Source: Octopus bimaculoides | Taxonomy: Eukaryota | DNA: 64,000 nucleotides | NCBI RefSeq assembly: GCF_001194135.2 | Contig: NC_068991.1 | Coordinates: 26,839,647-26,903,646, forward strand | Direction of reading: 5' to 3' | Part shown: positions 26,235 to 39,188 of the stretch, piece after piece | How the letters are laid out: every line of letters begins with the position of its first letter | Position numbering within the stretch: position 1 is the stretch's first letter | Translations under genes and position numbers: made by a program | The notes under the pieces: model-generated | What the model saw: the letters and a program-made list of their open reading frames with translations, nothing else | What the model was told of the DNA's origin: nothing | Databases searched by the model: none

Positions 26235-26595
26235 GAAACCACAGACAGAGGTAATTATCTGTGCTGCACAGTAACAAGCACTTAGGACAAATAATAGCAA
26301 ATGCAATATTGATAATATAGCTGAAAGTGACAAGTGCAGATTGTGCGGTGAGAATGAATAGTATATTGTGAATTAATGCAGAATGCCAGTTCAAAAGGAA
26401 TACTCAAGAACACAAGATAATGTCGTAAGAATGATTAATTTCGGTTTGGGTCTGAATGGCAAATTTTGAACTGCATGTTGTATGAATTGCACCTTGTATG
26501 GGCAAAACCCAGAAAGTTCAATTGAGAATGATAAAGTATACTGTGGGATGTACTGATCGAATGTGGTCATGAAATTGAATATCGAAAGCCGATTA
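26235..26595 (+). mobile_element. Old R4/Dong LINE fragment (zinc-knuckle region), cut off by a Tc1/mariner relic
   Basis: KPQTEVIICAAQ*QALRTN...DKCRLCGENE...KEYSRTQDNV. Confidence 0.7.
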
Positions 26596-27095
26596 CAGGG
26601 TGTCCCAGAATTAAATATTTATTTCAGTGTAATCGGACATTTTTTTAAACTCGATTTTATTTATGTTTATCATATTTAATGTCTTGAATGTGTATAAATT
26701 TTTAATTTTGTTCATAAGCTTATAATTTTTATAACTTGCTATAATTCTATTTTAATTCCTGTTGGATCCCGCTTATCTATCCGCAACAGCTTCTTTTTCA
26801 ATTTGGTGGCACTCATTTTCTCTACCTCCATCCCCAGGAGGGATCAATAGTTTAGCTGAGCTTAAAGAGCACATCCAGTTAGCAGAGCAGGAGCTAACGC
26901 CTAAAACGCTTCAAAATGCTTCTGAAATTTGTAGGGATACAGACGGAGAACAGGTTGAAAATTTCCAATAATGTTTTCATGTAAGATTTATAAATATTTG
27001 TTTTGAAATCGGGCAAATTAAAAAAAATAACAGTATTTTAATACTGTTATTTTGTTTTTAATTTACCCGATTTCATTGAAATTCTGGGGCCTACT
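26596..27095 (+). mobile_element. Tc1/mariner deletion derivative
   Basis: Starts TA-CAGGGTGTCCCAGAA. The internal transposase C-terminus-like peptide reads SLAELKEHIQ...LQNA...CRDTDGEQVENF. Subterminal palindrome at 27005-27074. Confidence 0.65.
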
Positions 27096-27629
27096 CAACG
27101 ATAGCTTTTAATCTTTAATTATCAATTTAATTTCAGTTCTCCTGTACCTTTTTTTAATTACTTCTGTTATATTAATTTCAATAATTTGCTATTTCTGTTT
27201 CTGGCATTGTCTGTTATATTATCTGTTATCTGTTATATTTTACTCGTTACAGACTGAGGCTATGCTGAAGCACCGTCTTTGAGATGTTTTTGGCGAATGA
27301 TAATTTGAAATGTAAGGGATAAAAAGACTGTGGTCATTGAAGAAGGTAAAATTTGTAAATTTGCAAATGTTGTAGAAGACTTGGTTACTGAAATTCACTG
27401 GGCTGAAAAAATAGGAGTATATATGAAGCAGAATATCGACAGAAAACTGCTCACAACCTACTCAACATTCCCGAAATCTGAATGAAGACTGTCATCTTAG
27501 TGGTCAGCTGAGACATTGTTATATTCCCCCAGTAAATTAGCTAAGGTAAACAGCAGGAGGAACAACAAACAACAACAACAATAAAATAATAATAACAATA
27601 ATGATAATGATTTCCTATTTTGGTTCAAG

Positions 27630-27780
27630 ATCAGTAAGTAAGAGCGGGTGGGGGCAGTCGATTACAATGACACCCCACCTCTTACTGGTACTTTTATGGA
27701 CCCCGAAATGATAAACGGGAAACTGGAGCTGAGCGGTATTTGAGTTCAAAATGTAAAGAGTGATGAAATGCTGTTAGAAC
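27630..27780 (-). mobile_element. tRNA-derived SINE (family A)
   Basis: gtcgattacaatgacccc...ctggtac...gaccccgaa...ggtatttgagttcaaaatgtaaag. Confidence 0.7.
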
Positions 27781-27789
27781 ATAAAGCCG

Positions 27790-27868
<79 letters not shown>

Positions 27869-27869
27869 G

Positions 27870-27968
<99 letters not shown>

Positions 27969-28515
27969 GCCCGGATGCAGTACCAGGCAGTGGCTCTCAT
28001 GGCTTCTGATCTTAATTGATTGGAAGTGTTATCATGTACATTGTTTTGTCTTGGTATAAAAGATGGGCTACAGCAAATATTCTGCTTAATACCACAGATT
28101 TGCTTGTCAATTGTTTGATCTTAACCAGTTGAGCATGTCCCTTGGTGGCTGACGACATGTGCATCTCTGATCATGAGCAGAAGTAGTGGGGGAGCATCAT
28201 GTGTTGAGAAGAATTCTTTGGGATTTGAATAACTCACCTTTTGAAACATAGGTGTTCTGTTCATCATCCTTAAACAAAACTTATTCAGGGACCTTTTGAG
28301 CGGGATGGGCTACTCCACCTGAAGAAAATTCTAACTGGGCCCCACCTGCGAGGTCATGCGCTGTTTATCTTGATATGAGATCACCATGTCGCGCACATAT
28401 GGTTGTGATGCATGTGCCTGATGTACCCTTATCAGTCGGGTAGTCATGTTGGGTATAATGGGCTTCGTATATTTTACTCCAGTGTCAGTTTGATGGCATG
28501 CACTGCTTTCTCATT
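27969..28515 (+). mobile_element. About 550-bp non-coding interspersed repeat embedded in (TAA)n/(TGA)n arrays
   Basis: Homologous to 16636-17010. No ORF. Ends ...ctcattcaataatgataat(aat)n. Confidence 0.75.
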
Positions 28516-28530
28516 CAATAATGATAATAC

Positions 28531-28602
<72 letters not shown>

Positions 28603-28621
28603 TAATAATAATGATAATAAC

Positions 28622-28655
<34 letters not shown>

Positions 28656-28699
28656 ATTATTATTATGATGATGATGATGATGTTGATGATGATAGGAAG

Positions 28700-29170
28700 A
28701 CAAGAAAACAAGAACCCCAGCGGTTGAACAGCAAGACATGAGAACTACTAACCTCTAGGAACATGCACCACCTAAAAGCAGATATTAATCGCCGGTACCT
28801 ACCGTAATGGGGAAGAGGAATTATGCAGGTAGAACTGTGCTATAAGACCTCAAAAATAGCTATGAACAAGTACTTACCCAGTACAAAGGACTGGACGCTG
28901 CTCCATGCGTGCAAACACGAAAGCACTAAAAAATCACATTCTATTGTCAAAGAAGCTTGCAAATTCGCAAGGAAACTTGGCATTAATCCTGAAATATTTG
29001 AAGGACTTGAAACCACTTCAACAAAACAAGCAAAATGGGTGAAGCAGACTGCAAAAACGAAACGGACAGAAACAAAGAGAGGGGTGGTGGAGACAGAAGC
29101 CTCTGCATGTACAATATACACTTCGAAGTCGAAATGCTGATGTAGACCAAGCAACAACCCATCAGTGTAT
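28700..29170 (+). mobile_element. R4/Dong LINE fragment (post-RT region)
   Basis: HHLKADINRRYLP.WGRGIMQVELCYK...KSHSIVKEACKF...KPLHVQY...ADVDQATTHQ. Confidence 0.8.
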
Positions 29171-29640
29171 TTTGAAAGTTTCCCCGTTTCTTTTAGAGAA
29201 ACATAACTATCGATACATCGATTGGAAAGGATTTTTTCTTGGTGATCTCTGACAACTATATCCGGCCTATTAGCCTAAATTTCTCTATCTGTGTGTATTG
29301 GCATATCCCAGAGTATAGTTGCTTTCTCATTTTCTGTGACTTTATCTGGCGTGTACCTATAACATTTTTTTCTCTTGTTATTCCATAGTATTGGCATAGT
29401 TTCCAATGTATATAGATCCCAACTCTGTCGTTTCTGTGAATATATTCCTTCTTAGCCAGGACTGGGCAGCCAGAGACAATATGATTTATGATTTCTTCTC
29501 TATAGTGTTTAATGTAGTTCATATAACTCTATTCACACTTATATCTAAAGCTTAAATATCTTGCTGGAATAAGTTGGCCAATGAGCCTTTCTTGGATCAG
29601 ACGACTGGGCTGTTCTTTTACAGTCAGATCTTTTAGAACT
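29171..29640 (-). mobile_element. R4/Dong LINE fragment (zinc knuckle to REL start), inverted relative to 28700-29170
   Basis: EEIINHIVSGCPVLAKKEYIHRNDRVGIYIHWKLCQYY...NRPDIVVRD. Confidence 0.85.
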
Positions 29641-32108
29641 TTGAACTGTTACAAATCTTCTTTATTTTTTAAATCGCCTCCTCTAAGTTACCGAATTTTT
29701 TCCTATAAGAAATATGTTGGTAATAATGCTAATACATAAATTTCGGTTTTGTTGTCCAGTTAACTAATAATCGTCCAATCATCATTTCTCTTGTTATATT
29801 TATAAATCATCAAACACCAACAGGTTGTACTGGAGCCACATTTCTAATTTAAAATTATTACAATTACAGTTCACTTGAACCGTGCCTAATATTTAAGTTC
29901 AATAAAGCGTAACGGAGCATCTATATGCTGCTAAATTGTGAATTAATTGGGATGGTAGTTAGTATCAAGAATAAAATTCGTAATTTCCTGGTGGCTGGAA
30001 TCAGTTTTAGTTTGACTGTCCGAGTATTGGATTATTATGATACAGACCCGTCTGACAAACTCTGAGGTTTGAATTTATCAATCAAAACCATCCAGCAACA
30101 GAGAATCCATGTTAGTTAGTTCTAAACACTGGCTTTATAAGGGCAAATATATTCTAATAAATGTTTTATTACTTTCAAAATTAATTAACAAACGCAGATT
30201 ATTTAAAGAGAAATATAGTAATCAACTTGATATGGTTACTGCGAGAATACGATGTTGAGTGGTGTCACAGTAGAAACAACTCTCTCCTATACTTCCCTTT
30301 TATATTCTTCAGTCTACCCCGCCCCTTTCTATTCACACAGTACTCCTGCAGTAATTGTAATGAATAGAGGAAAAGTTAGATATGTAGATTCATTCTATTT
30401 CTCTCTCAACGCGTTGTGAAAGAAATATGAAGAGCTTTTAAGTTCTAATTGACAGCGTGAGAGCAGAAATGCCAATAAAAGTCGCTACGATAATATAAAG
30501 CTCTCATATACCCAACTTCTTGTACGTTGAGATTGAGGATACTCGTATGCAACCATCACTTCATAGAATCATTTTAATTTGTATGCATGCTACAGCTGAA
30601 GAAACAATTAGGGAATTATTTATTATGTGTTATATACCCATGTATCGATTTAATACACTTGCTTCTATCCTTTCAATTCGATTTCCACACTAAATTATAA
30701 TTAACGGGGTGACTGTAAGCAAAGCTCGAAGAGAGCTGTCAAGAAAATTTCGAAACCCTACCTGATAACAGAACAAATGTTATTCTAAAATGAGATTCTT
30801 AAAATCTGTTCCAGCATGAACATTTCAATTTAGGGCAGGTCCTAATTCCTGATATAATTTAAAACTATGGAAACACGATAATATTTCCTTCAACTATTGA
30901 CGTCTTATAATATTTGGTTATATGTTTCGTTTCTTGAGCTTGGAAATATCACACTAGCAGAATAGCAAGTGCCAAACATGCTTCAGGTAAACTTTTCCAA
31001 TGATATATATATATATATANNNNNNNNNNNNNNNNNNNNNNNNNNNNNNNNNNNNNNNNNNNNNNNNNNNNNNNNNNNNNNNNNNNNNNNNNNNNNNNNN
31101 NNNNNNNNNNNNNNNNNNNNNNNNNNNNNNNNNNNNNNNNNNNNNNNNNNNNNNNNNNNNNNNNNNNNNNNNNNNNNNNNNNNNNNNNNNNNNNNNNNNN
31201 NNNNNNNNNNNNNNNNNNNNNNNNNNNNNNNNNNNNNNNNNNNNNNNNNNNNNNNNNNNNNNNNNNNNNNNNNNNNNNNNNNNNNNNNNNNNNNNNNNNN
31301 NNNNNNNNNNNNNNNNNNNNNNNNNNNNNNNNNNNNNNNNNNNNNNNNNNNNNNNNNNNNNNNNNNNNNNNNNNNNNNNNNNNNNNNNNNNNNNNNNNNN
31401 NNNNNNNNNNNNNNNNNNNNNNNNNNNNNNNNNNNNNNNNNNNNNNNNNNNNNNNNNNNNNNNNNNNNNNNNNNNNNNNNNNNNNNNNNNNNNNNNNNNN
31501 NNNNNNNNNNNNNNNNNNNNNNNNNNNNNNNNNNNNNNNNNNNNNNNNNNNNNNNNNNNNNNNNNNNNNNNNNNNNNNNNNNNNNNNNNNNNNNNNNNNN
31601 NNNNNNNNNNNNNNNNNNNNNNNNNNNNNNNNNNNNNNNNNNNNNNNNNNNNNNNNNNNNNNNNNNNNNNNNNNNNNNNNNNNNNNNNNNNTATTTTGTT
31701 TAAAAAAGTTCCAACACTGTCTGTTTTTTACGTTTTATTTATATTCCTGCAAAACCAATGTGGGATATAGAATATGGAATATATAATATATAATATAATA
31801 TACAATATATAATATAAAATAAAAATGGATGGTACAATGAAATAAAAATGGATGGTACAATGAAATAAAGTATTGAATGTCTTATTGAATAGATGAAATA
31901 TTCAGTGTTCAATATAAAGGATTAAATATATAAAGGCGAATACGTATTTTCTATACCTTGTGGTATTTCATCATGGCCGGTATGACAGACTTTAACAGAC
32001 TGTCTATATATGAAAATATTTAGGGTAGAAAATTTAGTGAAATATTCTACCAGTGGCCAGCATGCCTAATAGATTCAATAGACAACATATTTTTCATATA
32101 AATTAGTG

Positions 32109-32314
32109 TATATTTCTATGCACAAAAGAGGTGACTCTAACAGGACACCTTACATGCTGAAAAGGGCAGTTAAAATCCAAACCACGGTAATTATTGAAAT
32201 GTTTTCATTTTTCATTCCCTTTGAAATTACTCTTATCCGTGGTTTGGATTTTAACTGCCCCTTTCAGCATGTAAGGTATCCTGTTAGGGTCACCTCTTTT
32301 GTGTATAGAAATGT
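32109..32314. mobile_element. MITE-like fold-back element (about 82-bp inverted arms, about 42-bp spacer)
   Basis: 32109-32190 is the reverse complement of 32233-32314 with only a handful of mismatches. Confidence 0.8.
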
Positions 32315-32794
32315 ATGTACGGGAGTGCCTGCGTGTGTCTGCATGTGTGTGTGTGTGCGTCTGTGTGCGTCTGTATGCGTTAGGAGGAGGTAATAAGATA
32401 TGTTGCACTTGTCATCTATGTTTTTTCCATCAATGGTATTCAGAAATTAATTAAAACGAAACTTCTCAACAGGTTTGATTCACAATAAAAATTACTGAAA
32501 ACTTGATTAGACACAAGTGTAAATTTATTTGGTGAAAAACGACATTTGTCTCTTCTTCCGGAGATTTAAAGTTGTAAAGGACCAGTAGTGGCAACATATA
32601 GTTTCCACGAACCACGAAGTTATATATAGTTATGTAATACTTGTCTGAGAATTCACCCATGACACTATACTTGCAGTGCATGGGAAATGAATATAAGAGT
32701 ATTTACAATTTTTATTCACATTACATTGTATGTAAAATGAATTACTGAGCAATTAAAGGAAATGATTATTATGATGATGGTGATGATGGCGATT

Positions 32795-32995
32795 CATTCT
32801 CCTATAGGCACAAGGTCGGAAATCTTGGTGTCGGGTCTGGTTTGTTACACTCGACACTAGTGTTCAACTGGTACAAATTTCATTGATCCGGAAATGGTGA
32901 AAAGTAAAGTTGACCTCGGTGGAATTTTTATTTAGAACGTGATAACGGAGAAAAGGCCACTAAGCATCTTGTCCAGCGTTCAAACGATTCCGGTA
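32795..32995 (-). mobile_element. tRNA-derived SINE (family A)
   Basis: ggcacaagg...aaagttgacctcggtggaatt...gtccagcgttcaaacgattcc. Confidence 0.8.
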
Positions 32996-33989
32996 GTGTA
33001 CCCTCACACACACACACATAAAATAGCACACCGAAAGACATATGGGTATTGATGTAGTGGTCAAGAATACTTGGTGGTAGACTAATGTAAGCTGACCATC
33101 AAATAGTTGAAATTAGTGGGAAAACATTGCAGAGCAGATATACAATATCCTTTAATGCACACAGTTTCCATCTTGATGTGGAAAGAGCTATTTTGTGAAC
33201 GGGTTTAACCAAAATGCATGGATAAACCAGAAATTTCTACCTTCGTTAAAATATTTCATCACTAATAACCAATTTTCCCCTTGATTACTGCACCAGCCAC
33301 GAGATTTTATGGAGAAATCTTAATGTTTATAGAGAAATGTTAATGCAATCAGTTTACGCCAGACATAATTTGGATATCGATGGAAAGTTTGCCGTGCATA
33401 ATAATTAACTTGGTGTCGGATTCAATAGATTTCTGATAAAATTCATGAAATATTACGAACCATGTTTATTAAAATAATTTTTGAGTTTCATTATGAAAAG
33501 TGAGACGCTATAATGTGTATTATTCAAACATTGACATTGTTATTAAGGAATGTCATTAAGAAATTAAGAGTATAAAAATGATCTAGAAAACATAAAGGGA
33601 TATAGAAAAACATGAATAAACATTTCTCAAGTCTAGCAGTGAATAATTACACTGGAACTCTGTTAGTAGTGTACAGTGATATAAGAATTGCAACTTAGCT
33701 GTTCAACGAAACTATTTCACCAATCTTCACAATTTCTCCCACTGGCAGAGCAAAAAGTCCATACTGTAAGGGACACGACATTTTAGCATTGAAATGCACC
33801 GATGTAAACACTGCCATGTCTTCGGCGACATAAGTCTTGCTCCAATCAAATACATGACAGTATGCAATGAATTTCCAGGTGAAATTCATGACATATTGAC
33901 AATATAATTTCCAGGTGAACACCAAGATTTATTCTTGCAAACATGAAGACTAGCCCGATAAAAGAAATAAGTGGATGCAATAGATTTCG

Positions 33990-34595
33990 ACGCCTTTAGC
34001 GAGTGGATGGCTGGGTGGGGGTAACACAACATTTTGGTTGATGACACCGGGTGGCAACATGCCACCTTACTGAACAGATATGGTGGCTTCGGTTTCCGGT
34101 CTCTGGTCTGCGGTCCTCACAGACTCTGATAGTATTTCTCTCATTGGTAATCTCTTACCGTGACCTCGTCAACAGGGTTCTCCACAACACTATGATTAAA
34201 AGCCAGGAGGTGGCCTATGTAACATGAAGTCAACTCGGCGGCTGCCCTGCAGACGTCTGTTGCCCTCTGCCTTTGGTTAACATCGTGTCGCACCAAAACA
34301 AATGGTTTGCCATCCATTGTAGCTGGGTGTCGGACGGGCTGATGTGCCGTTTTGAGAAACATCATCTGGCATGTTACAGCTTGGTCTCTAAGACCCATCT
34401 TAGTGCTTGTCACAATGTAGTGCTATCATTCTCGACTGATACTCAGCTGGATAGCGATATTTAGTGTATAGGTGTTCCCCTGAGGTCTGGCCTCTTGTAG
34501 TGTCGAAATACGACCCTTTCAACTGTAGAATAAACACTGTTTGTTTCCTCTTTCTTAATATTTCTCATTAATTTGATAAATGTTTAACTGGCATC
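33990..34595. other. GC-rich unclassified repeat remnant, possibly solo-LTR-like
   Basis: Abrupt GC-rich block with AATAAA at 34529-34534 and a ...TGGCATCA end. No partner copy or primer-binding site seen. Confidence 0.25.
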
Positions 34596-34849
34596 AAGAT
34601 TTAATAATAACTATGATTTACGATAAATGCATATGGAAAAGCAAATTCAGACTCGTTATTTTTATATCTGTAGTATTTGGAATCAGAGCATGCGATTCCA
34701 AACACACACATATACTCACACACACACTCACACACATACACACACTCACCCACACACACGCACACGCACACACACACACACACACGCATATGCATGCGAA
34801 CGCATATAGCAATCTCTCTCTCTCTCTCTCTCTCGCTGTGTATATGTGT

Positions 34850-35767
34850 GGGCAGTGGAGTCGGCTGTAGTAGAGCGGGTTGTGAGGCCAAATGTTAGGT
34901 GCTGTGTGATCGAAGAAAAGTCTCCAACAGGCTGAGAATTTTGGCTGGTGTGGCAGGGTTCAGAGTTTTGCTGACACATGTGCAGCCTCCTTGTAGCTAC
35001 CTGGCTCGCTCAGAGCATGGATCTAGCTGTCGGTGTTCATCTTGAGGCTCTCAGAGAAGAAGTGGGGTTGCATGATGTAACTTTCACTGCTGATGACATT
35101 AAAGACCATGATTCTCGCTGGAAAGTTCATGACACTGCATGACTCTATGCACAGCTTTGCATGAGACAGTGAACCACATGTTGTCCTGGGAGTTGGTCTT
35201 CTGAACTTGGCTGAAATTCGTCTCTTCGGAGAAGAACCACAGCATGTCTGGCTCTAATGGGTGTTTCAACATGTTGATCATCTCCTTGGTGTGCATTTGT
35301 CGCCTTTCCAGCACCACCTTGGAAAGAAAGTTTCCCTTCCACATCTTGTACCACCAGCCTGATGAGTTTTTCATTCACATTTTTTTCCCGTGGAATGGCA
35401 CGCATGGATTTCCTGGGATCATTGCAGATGATTTCCTGAATTTCAGTGACGAATTCCGGTTTTCTGATAACGTCAGAGCCTTGATCATGACTTTGCTGTC
35501 GCATCGTAGTCGAATCTTGAAACTTCCAGCTCCTTTCTGACATTTTCACCATACTTCGGCTGATTCCAAGAAAGACTCTATAGAACTTTATGTCTTCAAG
35601 AAACTGGGCGGGTGGTGGGTGAAAATTTTCCATAGTCAATTATTCTGCCAAAAATAAAGCAAAGATGGTTATTGTTTTACAGATGAAAACCACCGACAAT
35701 GAAAGTAAAAAAAATATGCACAAATTAGCTGTTGAAAATTGTGAAGAAATACCGTCCGCATCTTGTA
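34850..35767 (-). mobile_element. Decayed Tc1/mariner transposon, most like maT (DD37D)
   Basis: IICNDPRKSMRAI and LKHPLEPDMLWFFSEETNF. Terminal TACAAGATGCGG resembles TACAGGGTGCGG at 46328. Confidence 0.85.
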
Positions 35768-37172
35768 TAATATGTATGTATGATTTGCAACCACTTGAAT
35801 AAGTTCAGGTATCTTTCGTGAAATGAATTTGGTGTCTTTCTATAAATCAAATAATTGATAGCGCTATTTTAAATAACATAATATAGTACCACTTGCTAAA
35901 TCTTTCACAAGAGAACAACAGAGATATGTCGGGATACATCGGAGTTTTCGATAAATTGAATTGCAGCTTTATTATTCTCTTGCTGAAATATATCTTGTAA
36001 GTCCAAAGAAAATTTTATAAAACACGCGCGCACCCATACGTATACGTATACGTATATGTGTGTATATATGTGTATGTGTGCATATATGTATGTTTGTAAA
36101 CATATAAAGATACATACACTTTTCTACCCATATACATACACTTAATTCACTTACACAGACACACACACAAACGCGTACAGGAAATATCTGAACAAATTTT
36201 TCAAGTATTTCCCTATATACTTCAGATATTGTCAAACTAAAGCCCCATGTTTAATACTGTGCAGCCGAATTTAGGTAGTGTCTCAATTTTACTATAATTT
36301 TCAGACTCTGTTTTGTATATTTGATAAATGTTAAAAGTTTATTTCCTATTATCATTATATAATGTTAAAAGTAAAAAGTTAGCCAGAATAGAATTATGTC
36401 ACGAGAAGAAAACATCATTATTATGTTTTGGCAAATATTTCTTTTATTCTCAACAACTCCAGATATGTTATCCGTCACACAACATTGATCATGCTACTCC
36501 TTTATGGTGTGCTATACGCTTCACTATCAGAATTACATACTGCAATAATGATATCCAGTCTTTGATATCCATTCTGTTTAATGGTATTTAGTGTTACAAA
36601 ATCTTGTATGTCATTTGGTTTATTTCATAATGCGAGAATGTGGGAGAGATATGGATTACAATTCCTTGCCTGACGAGTGACAATTTAGTAGAATCTACGT
36701 TTTGTCGTGTCCATTTGGTTAGTATTTCAATAAAGAACAGTAAGAAAGTATCGCAACCGTACAAGACGAAAGTCTAATAGTAATAACGTCAACAACAGCA
36801 ACAACAAGAGCTTTACGACAGCAACCTTTAGAAACAATATAAATAACTATGGTAAAGACAAAGTAATAGTGTTATTTATATTATGCATAATGTTTTACAA
36901 TCCAACAATCAGTTTCCATATATTCGTTGATACCGTTAAGTTATAATATATGATATTAATATACCTGAAATATTCAGAGCTGGTTTTCCAAGAAAATACA
37001 GATTTATAGCAGAATATATGTAATTTGATTTCTGTTTTCTTAAAGTTACAACCTCTCTGGCGCCAATTGGAAGTAACACTAATATTCGCTTATATAAAAG
37101 TATACACGTACACATTTATATAATTATACATACATGCATGTGAAAACACATGTATATTATAGTTATTATTTT

Positions 37173-37239
<67 letters not shown>

Positions 37240-37402
37240 ACAATTTAATAGTCCTCTTGAAATTAGTTTCCTGCTATATTTTGCGAATTTGAATCCTTTT
37301 TTGTTTTTTGATTCCTTAATTAAGGTATAGTTAGAAAATATGCACACGTAAAAATCCAAACCTATGCATTACACACGTGGAATTTGTTTTATAGATCTTT
37401 AG

Positions 37403-38490
37403 CTATGAAGGTCTGCTAAAAACTTTACAAGTTGACCAAGACACTTTCATAGAATGTGACCAAATAAGGTTTATTTTTTAAAATAGCCCCCCTTGTGGTC
37501 CACACACTCCTCCGCCGAAAATGCAGTACTTAGGTCCATTGGCGAAGAAGCTTTTTCATCCGCTTGGTCAAAAGACTCATTTTTCTCTATTTTTACATCT
37601 TGGGGAACAAACGACAGTCAGATGCGGCGAAATCAGGAGATTAGGGACTGTGATCGACCAGTTCAAAGCCACATTCACTCACAGCAGCTACTGTCATTCA
37701 CTACAGCTACAGTCACTCACAACAGCTATAATCACTCACAGCGGCTACAGTCACTCATAACAGCTATTGAAACTAAGAACTTATGTGCTGGAACATTGTC
37801 CTCATGAAAGAAGACAACTTTTGTAGGTTTCCTTGCATTTTGGATTTCATAGCCTTTACTAATAGCCTCAGCCAGTCGGCATAGTACACTCCATTGATGG
37901 CGTGGCTCTTCCGAAGATAATCAATAAACCAAATGCCTTTTGCATTCTAAAAAACAAACCATCACCTTCCCTGCAGATGAAACGACCTTGCTCTTTTGGA
38001 GTAGGTGCGGAGGGATATATCTACTGCATGAATTTGCTCTTTGTCTCTGTCTGAAAACGATATAACCAACACTCTTGGGTTGGAAAACGTTCAAGGAAAC
38101 TAGTTACATCTGCCTGAAAGAAGATCAGATTTTCTTGTGATTTGATCAACCTGGTGCGCTTTTGATCATGTGTCAGAAAACGTTGCACTCACCAAGAAGA
38201 AATCTTTGTCATCCCAATGTTATTGAGCAGAATATTCTCAACTTTCTCAAGGAATGTGTTAATAGTATCGGCTATTTGACTTACAGTCAATCGCCGGTCA
38301 TCCTCACATATATTGAACATTATCCATGCTGTCCTCGGTGATAGCAGTCGCAGGACGTCGAGACTCTTCCTTTGGCTGCCCACTTTTGCACTGATAATAA
38401 AGCTGGAGCGTCAAAGCCTAATGGATCAAACATGTCAGCATGAATCAAGTTAGGAGTTAAACCCATTTTCTGCAGGAAATTGAAAACACC
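37403..38490 (-). mobile_element. Decayed mariner (DD34D-type) transposon
   Basis: EDDRRLTVSQIA...NIGMTKISSW, SSAGKVMV, and GFELVDHSP*SPDFAASDCRLFPKM (the YSPDL motif). Terminus tatgaaggtctg. Confidence 0.85.
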
Positions 38491-39054
38491 ACGGTAGCAA
38501 ATTTTATCCCTTTTCCTTAGAAATTACTACTTCTTAAATTTGGACAGACATGCCTAGTTGGTGGGGATTTATCTCCCTGCTAACGATATAAACAAGCGTA
38601 CTTTCTTCACCAAAAGCCTATATGAGAGTCTCTCTCAAGGTATCTACCGCAATAATGTTTGTTCTGTTAGAACATCTACCTTCAAGTAGGAAAAAATTAT
38701 TACCTCCAGTTATTAATACTGCCACTGTAGCTAATATATACTCTTGACAAGATCACAGGGTAATCGCGACACCAGTGCATGTTCAAGCAGTAATCGTCTA
38801 TATATCGTTTTCGGGAAGATGTGTCTGCTATGTCTAACGGTCGAGCGTCTGTCACCAATGAGTCCAAGTAAAGTCGAAATTGCGTTATCTGGTGGTCACC
38901 GCGCTGGACTTTATGGGTAATTATCTCCCCGCTAGCTATAGAAATAAGCCTGCTTTCTGCAACGAAAAGTCTGAACGAGAATTTCTTTCATGAGCTCTAC
39001 CGCAATAAATATTACTGCATGATATATATATATATATATACAGATATGTATGTG

Positions 39055-39150
39055 AAATGTCAAAGACTTTTCCATTCCGCTCGAGCGTTAAACTAATATA
39101 CCTGTTTTTTGTTCCCTCACCTGTGTTCGTCTTTTTTTTCTGCAAATTTG
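39055..39150 (+). mobile_element. Truncated copy of the Penelope-type terminal segment
   Basis: gaaatgtcaaagactttt...cgagcgttaaactaata matches 61177-61225 and 9595-9640. Confidence 0.65.
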
Positions 39151-39154
39151 CACC

Positions 39155-39188
<34 letters not shown>

